A stretch of DNA of 64,000 nt. Origin: an uncultured virus (IMG/VR IMGVR_UViG_3300037847_003885) (taxonomy: Duplodnaviria > Heunggongvirae > Uroviricota > Caudoviricetes). The DNA lies in the IMG/VR virus record IMGVR_UViG_3300037847_003885, positions 1-64,000 of that record. One strand, given 5' to 3'. A model generated the notes under the pieces. The model worked only from the letters and a program-made list of their open reading frames with translations. It did not search any database and was not told the origin of the DNA. The position numbers were made by a program, and so were the translations under genes. This document shows, one piece after another, positions 1-7,998 of this stretch; the stretch's first letter is position 1, and every line of letters starts with the position of its first letter.

Positions 1-1
1 C

Positions 2-142
2 TCACGCACAGATGAGAGTAAGGCGATGACTGATATGGCTAATGAGTTCTTGAATGAGATAGTCAAGTCAATGGAGTATGACTCGCCCGAAGATTTCCTA
101 AAGCAGTTCTCACATGAGTATGATATGTACATCCCTAAATGA
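2..142 (+). CDS. 3' end of a hypothetical protein (partial, runs off the left edge)
   Basis: Frame starting at nt 2 is open (SRTDESKAMTDMANEFLNEIVKSMEY...MYIPK) to TGA at 140-142; not in ORF track. Confidence 0.6.
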   Translation, partial: SRTDESKAMTDMANEFLNEIVKSMEYDSPEDFLKQFSHEYDMYIPK

Positions 143-180
143 TGATAGTCGTTATTTAGGTGACACTCATAGGTGAATCC

Positions 181-855
181 ATGTCGCCTATGGAACTCGC
201 CATGCAAGAGATTCGGGCGAGGCAACAGGCGGGAGAACGAGGTCAGTTCTTAGGCGGTAGCACAGGCGCAAGGCTATTCGATGTACCGCAAGGCCGTTTC
301 GTATCTAAGCGTGGTAGTAGTCCTGCTCATATTCGCAATGAGTATGAGATGAATCGCTTACTGAATCTATTAGGCGTAGGCGTTCCGCAAGCGCACTTTG
401 ATGATGACCACATGATAACCGAGTATCAGCAGGGTCGCCACATTCAACCAATAAGAGATAGAGCGCATACTGCGAGAGATATTGTTCCGCATGCGATGAT
501 TGCTAATTGGGATATGCTAGGTTTGGATAATGACAATGCCATAGTGTTACCCGATGGTAGTATATCCTATGTTGATGTTGGAGGGGCAGGTGCTTTTAGA
601 GCGCAGGGCGCACCTAAAGGTTCAGCGTTTGGTTCTACCGTAGGTGAACTCGATACTTTAAGACTGAAAAATCCTAATGAGTTAGGTCACATAACTGAAC
701 AAGACATAGGTAGGTCATACGATACATACGGGGGCGAGGNNNNNNNNNNNNNNNNNNNNNNNATGCGTAGTGCCATTGACCAAGCAGTTCAAAACCCTAA
801 CACAGCGAGTATATTACAGCAAAGAGTGGGCGACATAGCGAGAAGAGTTGCTTAA
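181..855 (+). CDS. Putative kinase-fold protein (HipA / PI3-PI4 kinase-like)
   Basis: Gly-rich loop LGGSTGA, FVSK, NEY...LGVGVP, catalytic-loop-like ANWDMLGLDNDN and metal-binding-like YVDVGG...FRAQG; ATG 181 preceded by AGGTGA (track start 160); interrupted by a 23-N gap. Confidence 0.55.
   Translation: MSPMELAMQEIRARQQAGERGQFLGGSTGARLFDVPQGRFVSKRGSSPAHIRNEYEMNRLLNLLGVGVPQAHFDDDHMITEYQQGRHIQPIRDRAHTARDIVPHAMIANWDMLGLDNDNAIVLPDGSISYVDVGGAGAFRAQGAPKGSAFGSTVGELDTLRLKNPNELGHITEQDIGRSYDTYGGEXXXXXXXXMRSAIDQAVQNPNTASILQQRVGDIARRVA
740..762. other. Assembly gap (23 N)
   Basis: Run of n in the sequence. Confidence 1.
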
Positions 856-897
856 AATTAACACTGAAAGAAATAATATATAAACCAACTAAGAAAT
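854..897 (+). promoter_or_regulatory. Repeated early-type promoter element, copy 1 (BRE-like purines + TATATAAA)
   Basis: AAAATTAACACTGAAAGAAATAATATATAAACCAACTAAGAAAT; near-identical copies at 3191, 6937, 8893, 14114, 24608; TATA about 25 nt before ATG 906. Confidence 0.8.
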
Positions 898-905
898 ATT
901 GGTTG

Positions 906-1136
906 ATGATAACTGATACAAAACAATTAGCAGTATATGTCCTTCGATGGTTGGACAGACATGGGTTAGGTGACACTGACCTAAGAGAAGTAGTGGACTT
1001 AATGGGTAACTATAGTTACTCTTCACTTGAGCGAGCAATAGAGAGGGTTGAGCAATACATGAATGTATTTCCTATATCGAATGATGGATTAGAGGCATGG
1101 CGAAGCAAATCGAAGAAGGTGATGGAGAATGAGTGA
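906..1136 (+). CDS. Hypothetical protein
   Basis: ORF directly downstream of promoter element; overlaps next gene. Confidence 0.7.
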   Translation: MITDTKQLAVYVLRWLDRHGLGDTDLREVVDLMGNYSYSSLERAIERVEQYMNVFPISNDGLEAWRSKSKKVMENE

Positions 1137-1461
1137 CACAAACGAACCGACAGAAATTGATATGATATTACATTATACAAGGGCGCACTCACCCGATGAG
1201 TGGCGTAAGTTGAGTAAGTCGTTGATTGAACTTAGCGATGATGACAGATATTTGATTGAATACGCACCGACACTACGAGCAGAAGTCAAGCGGTTGCGTG
1301 AAGAACTTAGCAAGGCTGAACAAAAGATAGACAAATACTCCGGTGCTTTGGACATGGCACTTGAACACTTAGGTTATGCAGGTGCAGACCACGAAGATTA
1401 TTGTAGAGAAGGGTGGGGTTGTAATGTCTATGGTGATGATTTGGAGGATGAAGAAGAATGA
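1129..1461 (+). CDS. Cassette-array protein (EVKRLRE module, lacks MIDTDKY start)
   Basis: Contains repeat B at 1281-1301; ATGA overlap with next gene. Confidence 0.8.
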   Translation: MSDTNEPTEIDMILHYTRAHSPDEWRKLSKSLIELSDDDRYLIEYAPTLRAEVKRLREELSKAEQKIDKYSGALDMALEHLGYAGADHEDYCREGWGCNVYGDDLEDEEE

Positions 1462-1862
1462 TTGACACAGACAAATACGAAGGACATACACCCGCACCGT
1501 GGAATTACAACAGTGAGGAAGGGCGAGAAATATGGAAGTGCCTTTACAATGGAGAGAGTTTTACTGACCCTTCCACTTATGGCAAGAAAGGCTACGAAGA
1601 AGTGCCGATTGCTACCATGACACCATTACCGGAGGGTGAAGATTTCTCCGATGAAGAGTTCACGACAATGATGGCGAACAAAATGCTGATGGCAGACGCA
1701 CCAAAACTTCTAGCAGAAGTCAAGCGGTTGCGTGAAGGAATTGGTAAAGTTGCTGACAACATGGCAAAACTCATTGAAGCATATTCTTCTCACCTCGCTG
1801 ATGAAGAAGTAGCGGATTGGATAGATGGTTTCATGAAAGATATGTTGGAGATGATTGAATGA
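1458..1862 (+). CDS. MIDTDKY/EVKRLR cassette protein 1 (HTPxPW...ADAPKLL type small viral protein)
   Basis: MIDTDKYEGHTPAPW...LMADAPKLLAEVKRLRE; SD plus ATGA coupling at both ends. Confidence 0.85.
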   Translation: MIDTDKYEGHTPAPWNYNSEEGREIWKCLYNGESFTDPSTYGKKGYEEVPIATMTPLPEGEDFSDEEFTTMMANKMLMADAPKLLAEVKRLREGIGKVADNMAKLIEAYSSHLADEEVADWIDGFMKDMLEMIE

Positions 1863-2161
1863 TTGACACAGACAAATACGCAGAACTAACGATTGACGAT
1901 TGGCATAACCTAAAGGCTCACCAATGGGAAGAAGTTATGCACTCTTACTGTAATATTGTTAGAGTAAATGAGTCACTACGCTTTGAACTTGATGGTAAGC
2001 ATGAAGATGGACTAAAGTGGATAGAGAAGTGCGAAGAATTAGATGCAGAAGTCAAGCGGTTGCGTGAAGAAAATAAGAAACTGGAGGATGCTATAAACCG
2101 TTGTGGTTTTAATGATGTAGAATATTCATGTTTAGATATTTTGGAGGGCGAGGAAGAATGA
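1859..2161 (+). CDS. MIDTDKY/EVKRLR cassette protein 2
   Basis: Repeats A and B in frame; ATGA coupling. Confidence 0.85.
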   Translation: MIDTDKYAELTIDDWHNLKAHQWEEVMHSYCNIVRVNESLRFELDGKHEDGLKWIEKCEELDAEVKRLREENKKLEDAINRCGFNDVEYSCLDILEGEEE

Positions 2162-2355
2162 TTGACACAGACAAATACGAAGAAACAGACCATCCCGAAC
2201 TTGTAGAGTTTGAGGGTGAAACACTTGGAGATACACTGACGAACTTGATTACAGAAGTCAAGCGGTTGCGTGAAACCATCAAGGCTTACTTAGATTTAGA
2301 CATGGATTCATTGGAGTTCTGTCGGATAATGAGAGAAATGGGAGTGATTGAATGA
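2158..2355 (+). CDS. MIDTDKY/EVKRLR cassette protein 3
   Basis: Start moved from track 2128 to ATG 2158 (repeat A, GGAGG SD, ATGA overlap). Confidence 0.85.
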   Translation: MIDTDKYEETDHPELVEFEGETLGDTLTNLITEVKRLRETIKAYLDLDMDSLEFCRIMREMGVIE

Positions 2356-2630
2356 TTGACACAGACAAATACGAAGAAATGACATGGGAAACGCCATCCG
2401 ATGAATTAGAGGATGCAGTAGAGAACCTGCTCGCAGAAGTCAAGCGGTTGCGTGAAGAGAATCATATCTTGCGAATGGCTGATTGGGAATATGAAAGAGT
2501 ATGGGATTGGCTCATGGAGAATGCCGACTATACTTGTAGGAAGTTACTACTTCTCATAGAAGAATGGAAAGAAGAAGATGGCTTAGTCACGATTGATGGT
2601 ATGACATACAAGAAGGAGATGATTGAATGA
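2352..2630 (+). CDS. MIDTDKY/EVKRLR cassette protein 4
   Basis: Repeats A and B in frame; ATGA coupling. Confidence 0.85.
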   Translation: MIDTDKYEEMTWETPSDELEDAVENLLAEVKRLREENHILRMADWEYERVWDWLMENADYTCRKLLLLIEEWKEEDGLVTIDGMTYKKEMIE

Positions 2631-2959
2631 TTGACACAGACAAATATGAAGGACATACTAAAGGTGATAATGAAGTTGGTTGGAGAATAACCAACAACTT
2701 CGTGTCAAATGGTAAATGCCCTAATGACAGATACATCGCTTATGTTCAAGCATTCAGCGTAGTTGATTTTGACCTTGAGGACAAGGTCATTGAGTTTTCC
2801 GATGCTGATGCAAACTTGATAGCAGACGCACCATTACTCCTTGAAGAAGTCAAGCGGTTGCGTGACTTGATAGAGCAAGTAGTTGATGTGTGGGAAAATT
2901 GTAATCACGAAGATAGAAATGATTGGTTCAATAACTTCTGTGAGGTGATGAAAGAATGA
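2627..2959 (+). CDS. MIDTDKY/EVKRLR cassette protein 5
   Basis: MIDTDKYEGHT...ANLIADAPLLLEEVKRLR; ATGA coupling. Confidence 0.85.
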   Translation: MIDTDKYEGHTKGDNEVGWRITNNFVSNGKCPNDRYIAYVQAFSVVDFDLEDKVIEFSDADANLIADAPLLLEEVKRLRDLIEQVVDVWENCNHEDRNDWFNNFCEVMKE

Positions 2960-3192
2960 CAATGAGCGACCACCAAGACAGCGAATCATTCATGGGCGTT
3001 AGGGATGAGAAAGTTATCCTTGCTATGCTCGATAGAGCCGAGCGCAAACAGAACATGCACTTCACAAGGATGCAGATAGGTAAGAAGAAAGAGCGTATCT
3101 ATCACATGAGAAATTACAAGGCACTTGAGGGCGTAGTCAAAGCCCTTAGATGGACACTAGGTGACAAGTACATAGACCATCCATTAGAATAA
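2956..3192 (+). CDS. Hypothetical protein
   Basis: GAGGTGA SD and ATGA overlap; ends at promoter copy 2. Confidence 0.75.
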   Translation: MTMSDHQDSESFMGVRDEKVILAMLDRAERKQNMHFTRMQIGKKKERIYHMRNYKALEGVVKALRWTLGDKYIDHPLE

Positions 3193-3236
3193 AATTGACA
3201 CTGAAAGAAATGATATATAAACCAAATAAGAAATGA
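3191..3236 (+). promoter_or_regulatory. Repeated promoter element, copy 2
   Basis: AAAATTGACACTGAAAGAAATGATATATAAACCAAATAAGAAATGA upstream of ORF 3240. Confidence 0.8.
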
Positions 3237-3239
3237 GAG

Positions 3240-4703
3240 ATGAGAAATATGCAATATAGTAAACATAGAGATGCGAACACATGGCACGAATTAGGACTGA
3301 TGGGTGATACCCTTTCATACACTGACGAAGAAGTACTGACAAGTCAAGCGTTAGGGTATGTGAAACATACGGTAGGCAAGGCTAACCCAATGGACATAGC
3401 GGTACTGTACAGTATCGTTAGTATGGGCGAGAATGTAGAGGTCACGGCTAAAGATTTAGTCAATGACCATACAAGACTCGCCTCATTGTTTGAGTCGGGG
3501 AGAATTGTAAGAGGTGTATTAGACAGAAAGAAAGTTGTGTGTGATGGTGTTCACATAAAGCGTGAGTCCAATGAATACGGTAGACAAAGAAGAGTAGGGT
3601 ATATTAATTCCATAATAGGTGTATTAGACAGACATGAAATTGACTATCGTGATTACTTAGATGTAATATGCGGATGGGAAGTTGAAGGGGGATACAGTAG
3701 TATCTCAAGTGAATCACAAAAAAGTAGAAAGAAAGAGTTTGAAACTTTCTGTCGTAATTCAGTTGAATATAATTGGCCGAGTTATTACTTTACTACATCT
3801 AAAGGAACTTCAAAGATTAAATCAAAATATGGAGAAATTTCATGGTATGGTTTGTGTACAAGAGACAAGGAAAGTATGTGTACGATTCATGGCGGGGAAG
3901 CCAAAAGAAATGCTTGGGTCATGATGCCGGATTTACAAATCTTATCACCATCCAACATACCTGTAGGGTGGACAAGTGATTACTTACAAAAAAGGCTAGT
4001 GTTAGATGGCTCAATTGAATACAACAAAATGTTTACTCGCACTTACACTAAACACGCTGACGACAAGACGGTAATTAAACAAATCAACAAGGCTGTCAAT
4101 CGTATGAAGAAGCGTGGTGTAGTGTGTCAAACAACAGAAGGTAGAGGTCGTAAGTTCAAGTGGTATGACAGTGTGTGGCGAAAAGTTCAAGATAAAAGAA
4201 CAAAAATCATGGCATCTAATTCTAAGAAGCGTAAGTTAGGTGATGAAGTAAACGGTTGGGTGTATTCAAAGGGTCATGTGCAAAAATCATTCGGTATGGA
4301 AATCGTGTCTTATGTTTGGAAACCGATAGAAAAGTTACATACCTATGACATTATTGGGTACAATGTTAGATTCTTAAATGAACAGGATGCTATTGATTAT
4401 TGTTCCGCAGTAAATAATGCCATGCGACCAAACAATCTTCAAGTATGTGTAGATAGAAAAATCAAGAATGGAGAATTACAGTTTGTTACTCCTACCATTA
4501 GGTACAAGACTAACAATGTGACCACTGAATTAAATCTACACCCTAATGTTGAAGTTGAATCAATGTCTACTCCACAACAATGTTTAGTGAACTTACAAAC
4601 TAAAGGTGACATGTGGTTTGAAATGCACAAAGATAAATTTACAACAATGCCGTTTGGTTATAGGGAGGATAAACTAAACCGTACAAAGGAAGTGACTGGA
4701 TGA
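3240..4703 (+). CDS. Hypothetical protein, 487 aa, basic
   Basis: Long ORF behind promoter copy 2; no motif recognised. Confidence 0.8.
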   Translation: MRNMQYSKHRDANTWHELGLMGDTLSYTDEEVLTSQALGYVKHTVGKANPMDIAVLYSIVSMGENVEVTAKDLVNDHTRLASLFESGRIVRGVLDRKKVVCDGVHIKRESNEYGRQRRVGYINSIIGVLDRHEIDYRDYLDVICGWEVEGGYSSISSESQKSRKKEFETFCRNSVEYNWPSYYFTTSKGTSKIKSKYGEISWYGLCTRDKESMCTIHGGEAKRNAWVMMPDLQILSPSNIPVGWTSDYLQKRLVLDGSIEYNKMFTRTYTKHADDKTVIKQINKAVNRMKKRGVVCQTTEGRGRKFKWYDSVWRKVQDKRTKIMASNSKKRKLGDEVNGWVYSKGHVQKSFGMEIVSYVWKPIEKLHTYDIIGYNVRFLNEQDAIDYCSAVNNAMRPNNLQVCVDRKIKNGELQFVTPTIRYKTNNVTTELNLHPNVEVESMSTPQQCLVNLQTKGDMWFEMHKDKFTTMPFGYREDKLNRTKEVTG

Positions 4704-4852
4704 ATAAAAATTGTAGATTATCAATGCCGTTATGCCCTTATTGTTCATTAGAACAAATGAAGTTGAACTATACAGACGGTACAAGATATGCTTGTGAAGA
4801 TTTTTATTACCATTTACCTTTAGAGGACATAAAAACACTGATGGGTGATTAA
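4700..4852 (+). CDS. Small Cys/His protein (50 aa), possible zinc binder
   Basis: Not in track; ATGA overlap with 4703; MNKNCRLSMPLCPYC...YACEDFYYH...; fills the gap to the next gene. Confidence 0.55.
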   Translation: MNKNCRLSMPLCPYCSLEQMKLNYTDGTRYACEDFYYHLPLEDIKTLMGD

Positions 4853-4853
4853 G

Positions 4854-5105
4854 ATGAGCAAGACAGTTATACGCAACAGGATTACTAAGTTACTAAAAGT
4901 AAAACCTAATTTATACACAGGACAAATCTACGATATAGTACACGGTAATGTCAAGATACCGGAGATAGACTTCAAACCCCTACGAGTAGGTGTAACGAGG
5001 AATGAGTTAAGCACAGTGCTTGGTCGTTATTATCGTAAAGTTAGGTACGACAATAAGCACAAGCAAAGCAGATGGGCGTTAAGAGAGGCGGTGAAGAAAG
5101 AATGA
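4854..5105 (+). CDS. Small basic protein, possible winged-helix DNA binder (DUF3860-like pattern)
   Basis: RNRITKLL...TGQIYDIV...GVTRNELSTVLG...W pattern; GGTGA SD before ATG 4854. Confidence 0.45.
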   Translation: MSKTVIRNRITKLLKVKPNLYTGQIYDIVHGNVKIPEIDFKPLRVGVTRNELSTVLGRYYRKVRYDNKHKQSRWALREAVKKE

Positions 5106-5329
5106 CATGGTGTAGTAATATGAACAACGAATGGATAAACAAGCAGAAAGAAATCAAGTTGAAAATAAAGAAGCAAAGGATATTGGAGTTAGAAGAAAAA
5201 GCAAAGAGAATTTTCCTTGAACATACAGATTGGGATTATGTTCTCGATATGCTTGACGATGATGAAAAGAAAGAGTATGCTAAATTGTATAAAGACTTAT
5301 TTGAGGCGGTGAAGAAAGATGAAAAATAA
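5102..5329 (+). CDS. Hypothetical protein flanked by 17-nt direct repeat
   Basis: ATGA overlap at 5102 (track start 5072); GAGGCGGTGAAGAAAGA at 5085 and 5303. Confidence 0.7.
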   Translation: MTWCSNMNNEWINKQKEIKLKIKKQRILELEEKAKRIFLEHTDWDYVLDMLDDDEKKEYAKLYKDLFEAVKKDEK

Positions 5330-5612
5330 ATTAAGAGATAAAATAAAACAAGATATGATAGACTTGCAGAACAGGTTGGACAAACTAAACTTTTGGGAAG
5401 AGTCCGGCTACGCAGATAAACCATGTGTAGAGCATGAGTGGACATTGGTTCACCATCAAGCGTTGGCTACACCTACCGTTGCAGACAATGAAATGGAATT
5501 GAGATACTTGTGTAAAGTGTGTGGGCTTTCAACAAAGAGGGTATTCAAAATAGATAATGAAACGCTGTTCGATGAATGGGCGGAGTATCGTGAAGGAGGC
5601 GAGGAAGAATGA
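5319..5612 (+). CDS. Hypothetical protein with CxxH...CxxC zinc motif
   Basis: CVEHEW...CKVCG; ends GGEEE in a junction repeat. Confidence 0.75.
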   Translation: MKNKLRDKIKQDMIDLQNRLDKLNFWEESGYADKPCVEHEWTLVHHQALATPTVADNEMELRYLCKVCGLSTKRVFKIDNETLFDEWAEYREGGEEE

Positions 5613-5752
5613 TACACAGCGATGATTACATTGAGGGAGTAAAGAAAGGAATACTCATGGGTTATTGCTTAGGGTGTTCCCACGCCTATCCGTTAGTAGA
5701 TATGAACAAGCAAGGCTTGTGTAAAGAATGTGAAGGAGGCGAGGAAGAATGA
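5609..5752 (+). CDS. 47-aa zinc-finger mini-protein flanked by 23-nt direct repeat
   Basis: Not in track; MIHSDDYIEG...CLGC...CKECEGGEEE; ATGA overlaps on both sides. Confidence 0.75.
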   Translation: MIHSDDYIEGVKKGILMGYCLGCSHAYPLVDMNKQGLCKECEGGEEE

Positions 5753-6096
5753 GTTGGATTCCCCTCTTTTCTCTCTTTCGCCCTCGTGGTATCGTCATAG
5801 ATGACTACGAAGGACATAGCACACATTGGAAGGCTCATTTCTTTGAGGATGGCTCGGTAGCAGTAGGTGGAATATGTAAATTGTTTACCGAAGAAGTAGG
5901 ACAAAGAACAAGGAAGAAAATTGAAGCAGATGCTTTACTGATACAAGACGCACCAAAACTTCTTGCTGAAATCAAACGGTTGCGTGAAGCGATTACTGAT
6001 ATTGCTAACAATATGGAGGCGGCTGATGGGTATTACATGAGTGATTACATTGAGGACTTACACAGAAGTATTACAAATGGGAAGGTGATTGAATGA
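5749..6096 (+). CDS. Dispersed, diverged member of the EVKRLR cassette family
   Basis: DDYEGHSTHW...LIQDAPKLLAEIKRLREAITDIANNM, similar to the 1458 protein; degenerate repeat B near 5968-5989. Confidence 0.8.
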   Translation: MSWIPLFSLFRPRGIVIDDYEGHSTHWKAHFFEDGSVAVGGICKLFTEEVGQRTRKKIEADALLIQDAPKLLAEIKRLREAITDIANNMEAADGYYMSDYIEDLHRSITNGKVIE

Positions 6097-6404
6097 AGAA
6101 AGAATGTAATCATGAGTGGACATTTAGCGTGCCATACAGACCAAGTGACAGTGATGGTATAGTCCATGTGTTTGTTGAGGCTTACTGTAAAATCTGCGAA
6201 GAACATAGAACCACTGACTATTCTTGGGATATAGATGAATACCACGATTTAGCCGAAAAAGGTCACTATGAAGTGTATGAATGCGATTGGTGCGGAACAG
6301 AAATGCAAGGTGAGGGTCACTTTAGAGAAGAGATAGATGATGACGATATTCACATCTGTTCAAAGGAATGCTACGAAATGATGTATGGAGGCGAGGAAGA
6401 ATGA
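6093..6404 (+). CDS. Double zinc-finger-like hypothetical protein
   Basis: CNHEW...CKIC...CDWC...CSKEC; ends GGEEE. Confidence 0.75.
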   Translation: MKKECNHEWTFSVPYRPSDSDGIVHVFVEAYCKICEEHRTTDYSWDIDEYHDLAEKGHYEVYECDWCGTEMQGEGHFREEIDDDDIHICSKECYEMMYGGEEE

Positions 6405-6472
6405 GAATGACATTAAATGAATTGATGTGGATTTGGATTTGTGAACAAATAATTAAGGAGAGAGACAAATGA
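6401..6472 (+). CDS. 23-aa micro-ORF bridging translational coupling
   Basis: ATGA overlap with 6404 and TGA overlapping ATG 6469; MRMTLNELMWIWICEQIIKERDK. Confidence 0.45.
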   Translation: MRMTLNELMWIWICEQIIKERDK

Positions 6473-6957
6473 ACCAATCAATCAAAGTAAGTAATGGCTC
6501 ACTTACTATGTGTGGCCTTAATGACTTCCGTGATACACTACAACCGAACCACACGATAGTTACACTGTGTCGCTACCCACCTAGATACATAGACTCGGAC
6601 AAGCATGAGCGACACCACTATTACTTTAGGGCTAAAAATAGTACACCGGAGATATGGGCGCATGCCGTAGACTTGGTGATTGACTTACTCGACACAGGTA
6701 AGGATGTACTCTTGCACTGTGTACACGGTAGGGATAGGACAGGCGGAGTAGCGTATGTTGTACTACGCTTACTTGCCAACCTTAACGACAAAGAAGTAAG
6801 AGCGAAGATGGCTGAACTAAGACCATCTATGGCTATACCGTGGAAAGACATACTACCGAAGAACAAAGAGTTGTACGACAGTATTGCGAGGGAATTAATA
6901 CACAATATGATTCACGAAAACAAAAATAAAAACAAGACTGAAAGAAATGATATATAA
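6469..6957 (+). CDS. Dual-specificity / protein-tyrosine phosphatase
   Basis: VLLHCVHGRDRTG matches the HCxxGxxR(T/S) P-loop signature (6715-6741). Confidence 0.85.
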   Translation: MNQSIKVSNGSLTMCGLNDFRDTLQPNHTIVTLCRYPPRYIDSDKHERHHYYFRAKNSTPEIWAHAVDLVIDLLDTGKDVLLHCVHGRDRTGGVAYVVLRLLANLNDKEVRAKMAELRPSMAIPWKDILPKNKELYDSIARELIHNMIHENKNKNKTERNDI

Positions 6958-6970
6958 ACCAACTAAGAAA
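6937..6970 (+). promoter_or_regulatory. Repeated promoter element, copy 3
   Basis: ACTGAAAGAAATGATATATAAACCAACTAAGAAA upstream of 6997. Confidence 0.8.
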
Positions 6971-6996
6971 AGAGAGATGAAAAGGAGAGATAAAAA

Positions 6997-7998
6997 ATGC
7001 ACAATATAGCACAAACACAAACAGGAGAATGGATGACAGCATGGGCGGGGGCAACTCCGTGGCACAAGTTAGGAACACAAGCAGATGGATTGATGACCAC
7101 GCATGATGCGTTAATCAAGGCCAACTTGAATTGGGTGGTTACCAAAGAGCCATTGTACTATGAGGACAATGATGAGATGGATGTACTGCCCGGTACATAC
7201 GGTGTGTTCCGTACTGAAAGCGGCAAGAAGATTCCATTGACAAAGAACGGACAAACAGTTGGCAAGGTATGGAAAGCACTACAGAATGTAGAAGCGTTTT
7301 CATTCCTTGACGAATTGACAGGTGACCACAAGCCGAAGGTTGAGGTATGTGGTGCGCTAGGCGAAGGACAGACAGTTTGGATACTAGCGAGGCTACCTAC
7401 AAGTATCGTGTTCGATAATGTAGATACAGTCCACAAGTATCTGTTGATAAGCAACACACACGATGGCACAGGCTCGGTAAGAATACTACCGACACCTATC
7501 CGTGTGGTATGTTTCAATACTTTGTCAATGGCGTTAGGTCGAGGTAAAGGTCAAGGGTATGCAATCCGTCACTCCGGTAAGATGCACGAGAGAATGGAAG
7601 AAGCAAAGAAAGCACTACAGGCTGTAGAAGAGGACTTCACACAATGGGCTAATGATGTAGAGCGTATGTTGAATACGAAAATTAATCTTGAAACTACGCA
7701 AGAATACTTCATTGATGTCATGGACTTGAAGCGTGATGAAGATGGTGAACTTGCGACAAGAGGTAAGAACATTATTGCTTCCACCAACAAACTACTACTG
7801 TCACCTACTAACAACATCGGTAACATGAGTGGCACAGTATGGGCGGCTTACAATGCAATCACAGAAGCGATTGACCACAGCCTCACTCAACTGCGTAATG
7901 GTGAGACAAGTATCAAGCGCACACAGTCAGCCATGTTCGGCCCACTTGCACGAAGAAAGGTTATTGCATGGAACAAAGCGATGGAGTTGTTAGCGTGA
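6997..7998 (+). CDS. DUF932/DUF945-type phage/plasmid protein (TIGR03299-like)
   Basis: TPWHKLG, QNVEAFSF, YLLISNTHDGTGS, TPIRVVCFNTL, IRHSG, GTVWAAYNAITE. Confidence 0.85.
   Translation: MHNIAQTQTGEWMTAWAGATPWHKLGTQADGLMTTHDALIKANLNWVVTKEPLYYEDNDEMDVLPGTYGVFRTESGKKIPLTKNGQTVGKVWKALQNVEAFSFLDELTGDHKPKVEVCGALGEGQTVWILARLPTSIVFDNVDTVHKYLLISNTHDGTGSVRILPTPIRVVCFNTLSMALGRGKGQGYAIRHSGKMHERMEEAKKALQAVEEDFTQWANDVERMLNTKINLETTQEYFIDVMDLKRDEDGELATRGKNIIASTNKLLLSPTNNIGNMSGTVWAAYNAITEAIDHSLTQLRNGETSIKRTQSAMFGPLARRKVIAWNKAMELLA

Larger units (their letters stand above)
1281..2865 (+). repeat. Alternating array of repeat A (GAATGATTGACACAGACAAATAYG x5) and repeat B (AGAAGTCAAGCGGTTGCGTGA x6)
   Basis: A at 1456, 1857, 2156, 2350, 2625; B at 1281, 1715, 2047, 2253, 2435, 2845; read directly from sequence. 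Confidence 0.97.

Noticed and set aside
1281..2865. CRISPR array interpretation of the A/B repeats
   Set aside because: Two different repeats alternate, spacers are 61-235 nt and variable, all are in-frame coding sequence, and the repeats are not palindromic.
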